Assembly (NCBI RefSeq): GCF_965227735.1
Contig: NZ_OZ245776.1
Span: 760,852-824,851, forward strand
Source: Larkinella sp.
Lineage (GTDB): Bacteria; Bacteroidota; Bacteroidia; Cytophagales; Spirosomataceae
Reading direction: 5' to 3'
Length of the DNA: 64,000 nt
Under the pieces are notes generated by a model. The model was not told the DNA's origin, searched no databases, and saw nothing but the letters and a program-made list of their open reading frames with translations. The position numbers and the translations under genes were made by a program. Below, piece after piece: positions 1 through 9,032 of this stretch (the first letter of the stretch is position 1; every line of letters begins with the position of its first letter).

Positions 1-1
1 C

Positions 2-469
2 TTTTACCCATCGACCCCCTTTCGTTTCCGCTGTCTGAACGAAAGGCTGGTCTGTTGTGGCTTCCAGCAAAAACCGGATGTCGTAGTGAAGGTGTTCAGG
101 CTCCGAAGCGCTCGCGGGAATCGTGTGAACGTCGACATCATAAATGGCCGGGCTAACCACTTTTATAGTGTGAAGACCGGTTTCCTCTTCGGCTTCCCGC
201 AGTGCCACCCCGAGTAAATCCGGATCACCATCGGCATGTCCGCCGGGTTGAAACCAGCGGTCGAGTTTGGCATGATGCAGCAGAACCACCTGCCGCCGGT
301 CGGGGCTGACGATCCAGGCCGAACCGGTTACATGGCCAATGGCCAGATGTCGCTCGAAGCAGTCGCTGTGGCTCTTGACAAACTGAATAATTTGTTCCAG
401 CATGGTGCCTTCTTCCTCATTAAAGGGCTGGTGACGCTGTAACAATGCTAATAAAGGATGACGGTGCAT
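2..469 (-). CDS. Nudix hydrolase (3' end runs off the window; absent from ORF track)
   Basis: Manual translation from ATG at 469: MHRHPLLALLQRH...WFQPGGHADGDPDLLGVALREAEEETGLHT..., a Nudix-box-like GG...REAEEETG motif; open to the window edge. Confidence 0.9.
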   Translation of the reverse strand, partial: MHRHPLLALLQRHQPFNEEEGTMLEQIIQFVKSHSDCFERHLAIGHVTGSAWIVSPDRRQVVLLHHAKLDRWFQPGGHADGDPDLLGVALREAEEETGLHTIKVVSPAIYDVDVHTIPASASEPEHLHYDIRFLLEATTDQPFVQTAETKGGRWVK

Positions 470-550
470 ATTTGAGAATCGAGTTGGCAATGAAGAGAAA
501 AAACTGCAATTTCGTCCTGATTTTACTACGACATACAATTAACTGAAACC

Positions 551-1468
551 ATGAAAAAAATTTCCTTTCTAGCCACACTGACGCTTATTGCCCAGCTAGC
601 CATTGCCCAGATTAAATTGCCGCAAGCTAGTCCGGGTGCAACGGTCATCCAGACGGTTGGGACCACAGATTTTACGATAACCTATTCGCGGCCCAGTTTA
701 AAAGGACGGGCAGCCCTGGGTGCGCAAACACCCCTGGCGCCATTTGGCCAGCTCTGGCGGACGGGTGCCAACGGCGCTACCAATTTTAAAACGACAACGG
801 ACGTAGTGGTGCAGGGCCAGAAGTTGCCCGCTGGTACCTACTCCGTTTTTACGATCCCGAACCAGAGTGACTGGACGCTGATCTTCAATAAAAACGCGAC
901 CGCCAGCGCGGAAGAAGGCATTCCGAACGGTTACAAAAAAGAAGAAGATGCCATTCGGGTGCAAATAAAAGCAGAAAAAGTGTCCCGCCCCCGCGAAACG
1001 TTCACCATCGACATCAGCGACCTGACCGACAGCACCGCTAACCTGAACTTCTATTGGGCAGATACCCGGGCTATCGCCAACCTCAAAGTCGATGTGATGG
1101 CCAACGCCCAGGCTAACATTGAAAAAGCCGTTGCCGACAAACCCGAGGATGCCGGTATTTTGCAAGCGGCTGCCAACTGGAACCTTTCCAAAAACCGCAA
1201 CCTGGACCAGGCACTGGCGTGGGCCGATAAGTCGATCGGGCTGAAAGAAACTTATTCAAACCTGTGGATTAAAGCCCAAATCCTGTCAAAAATGGGCAAA
1301 GTAGCCGAGGCATTACCCCTGGCTCAAAAGGCATTGACGGTAGGCGAAGCGTCCAATGATCCGGTTTTCAGATTCTACAAAGAGGGTATCCAAAAAGGAG
1401 TTTCCGATTACCAGGCTCTGATTCCGGTGGATACCAAAGTCCTGAAAGGAAAGAAGAAAAAAGCGTAA
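551..1468 (+). CDS. DUF2911 domain protein with signal peptide and C-terminal TPR-like helices
   Basis: Signal peptide, then PQASP...YSRP...WRTGAN motifs typical of DUF2911. Confidence 0.85.
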   Translation: MKKISFLATLTLIAQLAIAQIKLPQASPGATVIQTVGTTDFTITYSRPSLKGRAALGAQTPLAPFGQLWRTGANGATNFKTTTDVVVQGQKLPAGTYSVFTIPNQSDWTLIFNKNATASAEEGIPNGYKKEEDAIRVQIKAEKVSRPRETFTIDISDLTDSTANLNFYWADTRAIANLKVDVMANAQANIEKAVADKPEDAGILQAAANWNLSKNRNLDQALAWADKSIGLKETYSNLWIKAQILSKMGKVAEALPLAQKALTVGEASNDPVFRFYKEGIQKGVSDYQALIPVDTKVLKGKKKKA

Positions 1469-1490
1469 GATTTTGACAATCAACACCCAT

Positions 1491-1529
1491 AAAAAAAGCT
1501 TTCAATCACCAGGATTGAAAGCTTTTTTT
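1491..1529. terminator. Bidirectional intrinsic terminator
   Basis: Perfect 17-bp inverted repeat AAAAAAAGCTTTCAATC-accag-GATTGAAAGCTTTTTTT just after the DUF2911 stop. Confidence 0.9.
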
Positions 1530-1568
1530 ATTTTTACATACAACTATACATCAAAAAATAGTTTTGAG

Positions 1569-1576
1569 TATATTTG
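1569..1576 (+). promoter_or_regulatory. Bacteroidota -7 promoter box (TAnnTTTG)
   Basis: TATATTTG, 3 nt before ATG 1580. Confidence 0.6.
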
Positions 1577-1579
1577 GTC

Positions 1580-2197
1580 ATGCCAACTGAACGCGTCCGT
1601 ATTCAACAACTAGAACATCTCGCCACCGAGCAGGGACATGCCATCGAGAGTGTGGCCCGGGGTTTAGCCAATCTGACCGTTACGGTTAAACAGGAATTCG
1701 CTCAGGTTAACAACCGGCTTAATAGAATAGAAGGTGATGTCGCTGTTCTAAAAACAGATGTCGCCGTTCTAAAAACAGACGTCGCCGTTCTAAAAACAGA
1801 TGTCGCCGTTCTAAAAACAGACGTCGCCGTTCTAAAAACAGACGTCGCTGTTCTAAAAACAGACGTCGCCGAACTGAAAACAGATGTCGCCGAACTGAAA
1901 ACAGACGTCGCCGGATTGAAAATTGATGTCGCCGAACTGAAAACAGACGTCGCCGGGTTGAAAACCGATGTCGCCGAACTGAAAACAGACGTCGCCGGAT
2001 TGAAAACTGATGTCGCCGGATTGAAAACTGATGTCGCCGAATTGAAAACAGACGTCGCCGGATTGAAAATTGATGTGGCTGAAATAAAAACCGATGTCGC
2101 CGGATTGAAAACCGATGTCGCTAGTTTAAAAGTTGGACAGGGTCGTATGCAACTGACACTCGATATGCTCTTGGCGTACCTTCGAGAGCGTCTTTAG
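1580..2197 (+). CDS. Hypothetical protein with 19 tandem heptads (DVA[V/E/G]LKT), long coiled coil
   Basis: Intact frame through a 21-bp repeat, synonymous third-position variation, perfect -7 box upstream. ATG 1580 preferred over TTG 1574. Confidence 0.75.
   Translation: MPTERVRIQQLEHLATEQGHAIESVARGLANLTVTVKQEFAQVNNRLNRIEGDVAVLKTDVAVLKTDVAVLKTDVAVLKTDVAVLKTDVAVLKTDVAELKTDVAELKTDVAGLKIDVAELKTDVAGLKTDVAELKTDVAGLKTDVAGLKTDVAELKTDVAGLKIDVAEIKTDVAGLKTDVASLKVGQGRMQLTLDMLLAYLRERL
1736..2134 (+). repeat. 21-bp coding tandem repeat, 19 copies
   Basis: GA(T/C)GTCGCCG..(C/T)T.AAAAC. units: six V-type copies, then mixed E- and G-type copies. Confidence 0.97.
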
Positions 2198-2206
2198 CCC
2201 CCCAAA

Positions 2207-3910
2207 TTAAGAGGGAGTCGCCGTTTTCTTTAAAGGCATCACCTGTTCCAATACCCAGGCAATCCCGATTAACAGGACGCAACCGATCACATTCAACCAC
2301 AAAAATGCGGTCAGTTCAGCCAGCCAGCACCAGACGACGAGCCCCTCCGTAATCACCGCAGCCCAGAAGGTGGCCTTCCCGCCTATGGATTTGACGTAAA
2401 AAGCCACCAGAAATATCCCCAGAATAACGCCGTAGAAGAGCGACCCCAGGATATTGACGGCTTCGATCATGCTCCCTAATTTGCTGGCAAATTGGGCCAC
2501 AATGATGCAGAACACCCCCCAAATGATGGTCGCCACCTTGGACGCCTTCAAGTAATGCCCATCGGAATAGTCTTTGCAAAATAGCCGTTTGTAAATATCG
2601 ACCACGGTGGTGGATGCGAGCGAGCTGTAGGCCGCGGCAATCGACCCCATCGAAGCGCTGAAAATAACGGCAATCAGCAACCCAATCAAACCGTGGGGCA
2701 GAAAGTCGAGAACGAAACGGAGAAAAACATAATTGACGTCACTCGTATCGCCCACCGGATTGTTCTTTTTAATGAGATCGACCACCTGCCCTTTCACCGC
2801 TTTGGCTTCCTCATCGGTTTTCAGAATCATCGCCTTGGTTTGCTCAACGGAAGCGTCGTTTTCTTCAGAAAGTGCCTTATTTAATGTCAAAACCGCCTTT
2901 TGGCGACGGGCCGCAATGGTCTGGTGTTCCGTTTCCAACTGCCGGTATTGATCCGCATATTGACTTTTCAGCAGTTGATCGGTTTCTACTTTATTGAAAA
3001 AAACCGGCGAGGGGTTGAACTGGTAAAATACAAAGACCAATACGCCCACCAGAAGGATCAGGAACTGCATCGGAACTTTCAACATCCCGTTGGCCAGCAG
3101 CCCCAGTCGGCTTTGGCCAATCGATTGCCCGGTTAAATACCGTCCCACCTGCGACTGATCGGTACCGAAATAAGAAAGCTGTAGAAAAAAACCGCCAATC
3201 AGTCCTGACCAGAGGTTATAGCGGCTATCGGGGTCGAATTTGAGGTCGATGGTATTGAGCCGCCCGGCTTTTCCGGCCACTTCCAGGGCATCCATAAAAC
3301 CGACATCCGCCGGAAGCAGATGGACCGTCATCCAGCCCGCAATAAACATGGCCACCGTCACAATCAGCATTTGCTGGAGGTGGGTGTAAGAAATGGCTTT
3401 GGCCCCACCCGTCACGGTATACACCAGCACAATGCCGCCCATGATGATGTTGGTCCAGAAGATGTTCCACCCCAGAATGGTCGACAGAATGATGGACGGC
3501 GCGTAGATGGAAAGGCCCGTCGATAACCCGCGCTGCAGCAGGAATAGCAAAGCCGTAAAAACGCGAACCCGGGCGTCGAACCGGGATTCGAGATACTCGT
3601 AGGCAGTAAAAACTTTCAGCCGGTGAAAAATGGGAACGAACGTGACGGCCAGCACCACCATCGCCAGCGGCAAGCCGAAGTAAAACTGAACAAACCGCAT
3701 GCCGTCCGTAAAGGCCTGCCCCGGCGTGGAGAGAAAAGTAATGGCACTGGCCTGGGTGGCCATCACAGACAGGCAAACGTGGTACCACGGCAATGACTGG
3801 TTGGCCAGCAGATAGTCGCCCATATTGCGATTTCCCCGGCTACGAACCACCCCATAAACAATGATAATTGCCAGTGTGCCGGCCAGGATGAGCCAATCGA
3901 GACTGCTCAT
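2207..3910 (-). CDS. Sodium:solute symporter (SSS/SLC5 family)
   Basis: Many TM helices; SVMATQASAITFLSTPGQA, AYEYLESRF and FGTDQSQVGRYL motifs. Confidence 0.95.
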   Translation of the reverse strand: MSSLDWLILAGTLAIIIVYGVVRSRGNRNMGDYLLANQSLPWYHVCLSVMATQASAITFLSTPGQAFTDGMRFVQFYFGLPLAMVVLAVTFVPIFHRLKVFTAYEYLESRFDARVRVFTALLFLLQRGLSTGLSIYAPSIILSTILGWNIFWTNIIMGGIVLVYTVTGGAKAISYTHLQQMLIVTVAMFIAGWMTVHLLPADVGFMDALEVAGKAGRLNTIDLKFDPDSRYNLWSGLIGGFFLQLSYFGTDQSQVGRYLTGQSIGQSRLGLLANGMLKVPMQFLILLVGVLVFVFYQFNPSPVFFNKVETDQLLKSQYADQYRQLETEHQTIAARRQKAVLTLNKALSEENDASVEQTKAMILKTDEEAKAVKGQVVDLIKKNNPVGDTSDVNYVFLRFVLDFLPHGLIGLLIAVIFSASMGSIAAAYSSLASTTVVDIYKRLFCKDYSDGHYLKASKVATIIWGVFCIIVAQFASKLGSMIEAVNILGSLFYGVILGIFLVAFYVKSIGGKATFWAAVITEGLVVWCWLAELTAFLWLNVIGCVLLIGIAWVLEQVMPLKKTATPS

Positions 3911-4032
3911 GAAAAATACCGCATAAATCCGTAAAACAAGATTATTTCGAGCAGCAAACTGCCAATGACAATGCTGTATAACTGGCGCCAGGAACGCACG
4001 AAGGGAGGTAAATCCGTAGAGTTTTGGGTCAT
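3907..4032 (-). CDS. Small single-pass membrane protein (41 aa), coupled to the SSS gene; absent from ORF track
   Basis: MTQNSTDLPPFVRSWRQLYSIVIGSLLLEIILFYGFMRYFS*; its TGA overlaps the symporter ATG (ATGA). Confidence 0.85.
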   Translation of the reverse strand: MTQNSTDLPPFVRSWRQLYSIVIGSLLLEIILFYGFMRYFS

Positions 4033-4206
4033 TGCAGAACGGTGGTTGGTTCTTTCTTCTTTATGGCAACGAAAATAGGCAAATCTCTCGTATACAACTT
4101 ACCCATCCAATCATTAAAACTATCCTACCTTGTTTTTGAATTATTCAATTTTAAAGATAGTTTGCAGACAGACTTTCCTCGATCACCCCACAAGATACGG
4201 TCAAAT

Positions 4207-4995
4207 ATGGCAAAACTACCCGGAAATGACGCAGAGAAATCCGTTTTTGGTTTGGACGGCAAAGTGGCACTGATCACGGGAGCCAGCAAAGGAATCGGCG
4301 AGGCCATTGCCCGCATTTTCGCCCGGTTTGGAGCCAAAGTCGTGATTAGCAGCCGTCGGCAAAGCAGCCTTGACGGCGTTGTTGCCAAAATCCGGGAAGA
4401 AGGTGGAGAAGCCTGCGGCATTGCCGCCCATGCCGGTGACCAGGACCAGCTTCGGCACCTCGTCGACAAAACCGTGTCGGTATACGGCGGCATCGACATT
4501 CTGGTCAACAACGCGGCTACCAATCCCATTTTCGGACCAACCATCGACTGTGATCTGACGGCTTTCGATAAAATCATGCAGGTGAACGTCAAGGCTCCTT
4601 TTGAGCTGAGTAAAATGGTGTACCCCATTATGAAAGCCCGGGGCGGAGGCAGCATCATCATGATGAGCAGCATTGCCGGCGAAACGCCCGACCCCGGTTT
4701 GGGCATGTATAGCGTCAGCAAAGCGGGTCTGAACATGCTGACCAAAGTTCTGGCGAAAGAATGGGGACCCGACCACATCCGTGTCAACGCCATCTGCCCC
4801 GGTTTGATTAAAACCAAATTTAGTCAGGCGCTCTGGCAGGACGAAGCGATTCTGGCCCATTTCACCCACCGTTTGCCCATCGCCCGCATGGGAACCACCG
4901 ACGAAATCAGCCCCCTGGCCCTCTTTCTCGCATCCGACGCATCGGCGTATTGTACAGGCAGTCTGTTCCACGCGGATGGCGGAACGTTGATTTGA
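4207..4995 (+). CDS. SDR family NAD(P)-dependent oxidoreductase
   Basis: TGASKGIG, NNAA and YSVSK motifs; start moved to ATG 4207. Confidence 0.93.
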   Translation: MAKLPGNDAEKSVFGLDGKVALITGASKGIGEAIARIFARFGAKVVISSRRQSSLDGVVAKIREEGGEACGIAAHAGDQDQLRHLVDKTVSVYGGIDILVNNAATNPIFGPTIDCDLTAFDKIMQVNVKAPFELSKMVYPIMKARGGGSIIMMSSIAGETPDPGLGMYSVSKAGLNMLTKVLAKEWGPDHIRVNAICPGLIKTKFSQALWQDEAILAHFTHRLPIARMGTTDEISPLALFLASDASAYCTGSLFHADGGTLI

Positions 4996-5053
4996 AACAT
5001 GATTGGGTTACCCCCTTCCGAATATCCGAAAACAGGCATTACACCATTAACCT

Positions 5054-7360
5054 TTACTTTCCAACCGCTTCGGGACGATTGCCCTGAACCGACACAATCT
5101 TGAACTCCGTTCTTCGGTTTTTCTGGTGTTTACTTTCGGGACAGGCTACATCATCCGTACAGCCATTCAGGATTTCGGTTTCACCATACCCCTGAGCATC
5201 CAGCCTTGAAGGGTCTATCCCATGGTTAACCAGATAATCGACCGTGGCTCTGGCCCGGTAAGTCGACAATTGCAGGTTGTAAGCATCGTTGGCGCGGCTG
5301 TCGGTGTGCGACCGAAGTTCAATTTTCATTTCCGGGTATTTTTTCAAAAGCGCGGCTAAATGGTCTAGCTCCCGGGCGGCATCCGGGCGGATGAAAAACT
5401 TGTTGTAGTCGTAATAGATGTTCTTCAGCTCAAATACATCGCCCTCACCGTAGATTCCCTGCTGCTTTTCAATCAGTTTGGGATTTTTTCCGGCCTTCAT
5501 TTTCGGGATCTGTTCGCTGTTGGCCGTATAGCGGTTTTTCTGGGTTGTCAGCGTGTAGGGAGCCCCCGGTTTCATCTCAAATTCATATTTCCCATCCGTT
5601 CCGGTCACAACCTGCTGTTCCGATTTGTCTTTATCGTTCCGCAAAGTCACCGTTACGCCCGGAGCGGGTTGCTGGTTTACTTCGGTTTTCACCGTTCCTT
5701 TCACCAGCGTATTTTCACTTTTTTCCAGATAAATCGACACCGTCATCACCGGTCTTTCCGACTGTGTCATGGTCGAAAACCGGATGCTGTTGGGCGAATA
5801 CCCTTCCTTGATGGCCTTAAATTCATAATCGACGTTGGCATCGAGACAAAAGCCGGTTTTGCCATCGACCCCGGTAAAGCGTAAATCCTGATTCACCCCG
5901 GCTTTGATCACCCGAACATCCGCCACGGCAATGGGCTCGCTTGTTTTGGCATCGTACACAAAAATGTTCAGTTGCTTACAGGTTCGGCGGAAACTGTAAA
6001 TATTGTCGTCACTAACCCCCCGTTTCCGATTGCTGCTGAAATAACCGGACGTCCGGTTTCTGGTGGTAATCAGGCCAAAATCATCCTTTTCAGAATTAAT
6101 CGGATACCCCATGTTCTGAACACCTTTAAAAGCGATTCCTTCCCGCAGTTCGGCATAAAACAGATCGAGACCGCCCAAGCCTTCGTGGCCGTCCGAGGAG
6201 AAATAGAGATTGCTGTTTTCGTCAACAAACGGAAACATCTCGTTACCTTCCGTATTGATTTCCTTGCCCATGTTTACCGGCGGCGACCACTGCCCGTCCC
6301 TGAACTCGACCACATAAAGATCGGTTCCGCCAAAACCGCCCGGCATATCCGACACAAAATACAATTTGGTATCATCCGGTGATAAAGCCGGATGTCCGAC
6401 CGAATAATCATTGCTGCAAAACGGAAGTTCCTCAACCTTCTGCCAACTCCCTTTATTGTTTTCAGCGATGTATAGTTTCAGTTTCCGGATGCCATCGTTA
6501 CTTTTTCCGCCTTTCCCTTTTACTGTGTTGTTGCGGGTGAAAATGATCCGGCTCTGGTCTTTGAAAAACGTCATCGGTCCCTCGTGGTATTTCGTGTTGA
6601 GCGTCCGGCTGAATAATTCGGTTTTAGAAAGCGACTTTTCCTCCACAGGTGCTACCTCAACCGCGTCAGCCGTCGCATTACTTCCGCCCAGCGAAGCCGC
6701 CCGGGCCGCGAGTTCCGCGTTATTTTGCAATTCTGCCGTATCGGGATAAAAATACAAGTCCAGAAACGGGGTTTGATTCCAGCCAAAAACCCGTTTGACC
6801 GGTCCCGTTTCGTCGCGTGCTGATACAAAGGCCAGGCCGTTCTGGTAATACATGGGGCTAAAATCGGCCTGGCGGGAGTTGACCGGCAGAAATTCAACTT
6901 TATAGGAAGAAGAATCCTGAAAAAACCGGCTCATGTCCATGTAGGAAACCGTGAATTTCCGGCCCCGCACGTCCTCATTCTGCTTTTCTCCGTATTTGCT
7001 ATAAAGTTTTTGCGAATCGCGGTATTTACCATTGGCGGCCAGTGCCTGTGCGTAGTAGAGGTAATTTTTGGAGTCAGTTTCGGGGAATTCCCGAATCAAA
7101 TCGGCGTAGATTCGTTCGGCATTTTTCGTATCCTGCAACGCGCGATAACTATAGGCCAGTTTGGTGTAAGCCTCCTGCACTTCGGCGGGGTCTTTCTTTT
7201 TATCGAGCCGCAAAAAATCCTCATACGCCCGGGCCGCATTCACATAGGCCAGATTCTCAAACTGTTTGTTAGCCGCTTTCAGTCGTGCACTTTGCGCCTG
7301 GACGGCAAACGCCACGACACTCAGGATGGCACTCAGCAGGAAAAGTCGAACAAATTTCAT
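5054..7360 (-). CDS. OmpA-family protein with TPR, PD40 propeller, carboxypeptidase-regulatory-like and OmpA_C domains (PorE-like)
   Basis: Signal peptide; TPR helices; FSSDGHEGLGGLD PD40 motifs; C-terminal IELRSHTDSR...YN..LS..RA...NRRTEF. Confidence 0.88.
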   Translation of the reverse strand: MKFVRLFLLSAILSVVAFAVQAQSARLKAANKQFENLAYVNAARAYEDFLRLDKKKDPAEVQEAYTKLAYSYRALQDTKNAERIYADLIREFPETDSKNYLYYAQALAANGKYRDSQKLYSKYGEKQNEDVRGRKFTVSYMDMSRFFQDSSSYKVEFLPVNSRQADFSPMYYQNGLAFVSARDETGPVKRVFGWNQTPFLDLYFYPDTAELQNNAELAARAASLGGSNATADAVEVAPVEEKSLSKTELFSRTLNTKYHEGPMTFFKDQSRIIFTRNNTVKGKGGKSNDGIRKLKLYIAENNKGSWQKVEELPFCSNDYSVGHPALSPDDTKLYFVSDMPGGFGGTDLYVVEFRDGQWSPPVNMGKEINTEGNEMFPFVDENSNLYFSSDGHEGLGGLDLFYAELREGIAFKGVQNMGYPINSEKDDFGLITTRNRTSGYFSSNRKRGVSDDNIYSFRRTCKQLNIFVYDAKTSEPIAVADVRVIKAGVNQDLRFTGVDGKTGFCLDANVDYEFKAIKEGYSPNSIRFSTMTQSERPVMTVSIYLEKSENTLVKGTVKTEVNQQPAPGVTVTLRNDKDKSEQQVVTGTDGKYEFEMKPGAPYTLTTQKNRYTANSEQIPKMKAGKNPKLIEKQQGIYGEGDVFELKNIYYDYNKFFIRPDAARELDHLAALLKKYPEMKIELRSHTDSRANDAYNLQLSTYRARATVDYLVNHGIDPSRLDAQGYGETEILNGCTDDVACPESKHQKNRRTEFKIVSVQGNRPEAVGK

Positions 7361-7500
7361 AAGGAATGGAAAGGGTTACCCGGATGGAGCATCAAAACAA
7401 GTGCCAAAAATTGCTTGTACATCACATTAAAATATACTAAAATCGCATTCCACCGTAATCGTGGGCAAAAAACAGAGACGGTTTTTGAAGAATAAAAGGG

Positions 7501-8871
7501 TTATTGACCGACAAGCCGACGCTCAATTTTCAGAATTTTCCGGGTCTGATCGGTGACCCGAAACCGGTCGTCGGGCCGGTATCCAATGAGCCAGGCGATG
7601 GCATCACCCGCCACAATGACCCAGGCAGAACGCCGGTCGGTCAGGGAGACTTTCTGGTTGGTGAGAAAATTGCCAACCGACTGTTTGCCTTTCATACCCA
7701 GCGGCTGGAAGCGATCACCGGTTTGCCAGCGCCGGATGACCAACGGCCAGGAAATCCGGTCGGCATCCAGACAGGCGATCTCGTGATTTGACGGAATCTG
7801 AAAACCGTTTAAAGACGCAATGATTTCGAACCGCAAAGAAAAGTGGTCAGAAACTGACAGATCGCCAGACGGCAGCTCAACTAATCGAATCTCCTGATTG
7901 GCAACTGCTTGTAATGATGAAATCACCAAATAGTCACGGTCGCGAAGCACCTGATGGGTAGCCGACTGGAACTTTTGCCCAAACCCATCGGCCCGAACGG
8001 CTTCAGCAAGCGGGGCAATCTGAACATACTGAAAACCGTATGGTTTCAGCCATTCGGACAACCGAAACACCCACTCCCGCTGGTTGAGGAGTTGTTGAAG
8101 CGAAAGAAAGACGCCTTCCGGACGGTTTTCGGCCATCTCCTCCCACGACCGGCGCATTTCCTCTGCAAGCAATTGGTCCGCTGATTGCAAGCGCGCAACG
8201 GTGGTTTGCAGGGTTTGCAACAGGCTGGGATTCATCTCTTTCAGAATGGGAATCACCTGATGGCGAAGGCGGTTTCGACGGTATTTGTCGGACACATTGG
8301 AACTGTCTTCGCGCCAAACCAAGTCCTTTTCCCGCGCATAGTCGCCAATGGTTTCACGATCAGCAAACCACAGCGGCCGGATGATGCGTCCCTGCCGGAT
8401 GGGAATTCCCCGCAACCCGGTCAGGCCCGTACCCCGAACGAGGTTGATCAGGATCGTTTCCAAAACATCATCCTGGTGGTGAGCCGTCGCAATTCGGGCG
8501 TAGCCAAACTCGTCAGCCAGTTGTTCAAACCACGCATACCGCAGGTGCCGGGCCGCCATTTGGGTCGAAATCCCCTGCTCTTCGGCCTGCTGCTTTGCCG
8601 GTAAACGAGTGGTATGAAACCGGACGCTATGCTGCTCCGCCAGGGCTCTCACAAAGGCTTCATCCTCATCGGATTCGGTCCCGCGCAACTGAAAATTGAC
8701 GTGAGCGATCACGTATTGAAGACCCGCCGTTCGAAACAACTCCGCCATCACCACCGAATCCAGCCCGCCACTAACCGTCAGCAGGATGCAATCAGTTTGG
8801 CTAAAAAGTTGTTCTGTGTTAATAAAGCTTAAAAACTGGCGTTCTATCGCCCGGTTTTGCGCTAAAGCCAT
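7501..8871 (-). CDS. tilS: tRNA(Ile)-lysidine synthetase
   Basis: SGGLDS PP-loop, TAHHQDD, IIRPL, WREDSSN, RRNRLRH motifs. Confidence 0.97.
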   Translation of the reverse strand: MALAQNRAIERQFLSFINTEQLFSQTDCILLTVSGGLDSVVMAELFRTAGLQYVIAHVNFQLRGTESDEDEAFVRALAEQHSVRFHTTRLPAKQQAEEQGISTQMAARHLRYAWFEQLADEFGYARIATAHHQDDVLETILINLVRGTGLTGLRGIPIRQGRIIRPLWFADRETIGDYAREKDLVWREDSSNVSDKYRRNRLRHQVIPILKEMNPSLLQTLQTTVARLQSADQLLAEEMRRSWEEMAENRPEGVFLSLQQLLNQREWVFRLSEWLKPYGFQYVQIAPLAEAVRADGFGQKFQSATHQVLRDRDYLVISSLQAVANQEIRLVELPSGDLSVSDHFSLRFEIIASLNGFQIPSNHEIACLDADRISWPLVIRRWQTGDRFQPLGMKGKQSVGNFLTNQKVSLTDRRSAWVIVAGDAIAWLIGYRPDDRFRVTDQTRKILKIERRLVGQ

Positions 8872-9032
8872 AATTTTGTATCCAAAATGGTCTGAAATGC
8901 CGTTACGTCGGTAAATAAGAAAAGGATTCCTAGTTAATCATTTAATCCGCGTAATCCCAGTTCAGATGATTCAGAAGATTTTTTTCCATGCATCGCAACC
9001 CTTTGAATAAAACGAGCGTCTATAGCCATAGA

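Noticed and set aside
236-442. 68-aa plus-strand ORF
   Set aside because: Antisense to the Nudix gene, which has a clear catalytic motif.
1736-2134. 21-bp repeat as CRISPR or non-coding satellite
   Set aside because: No spacers, and variation is codon-structured inside an intact ORF.
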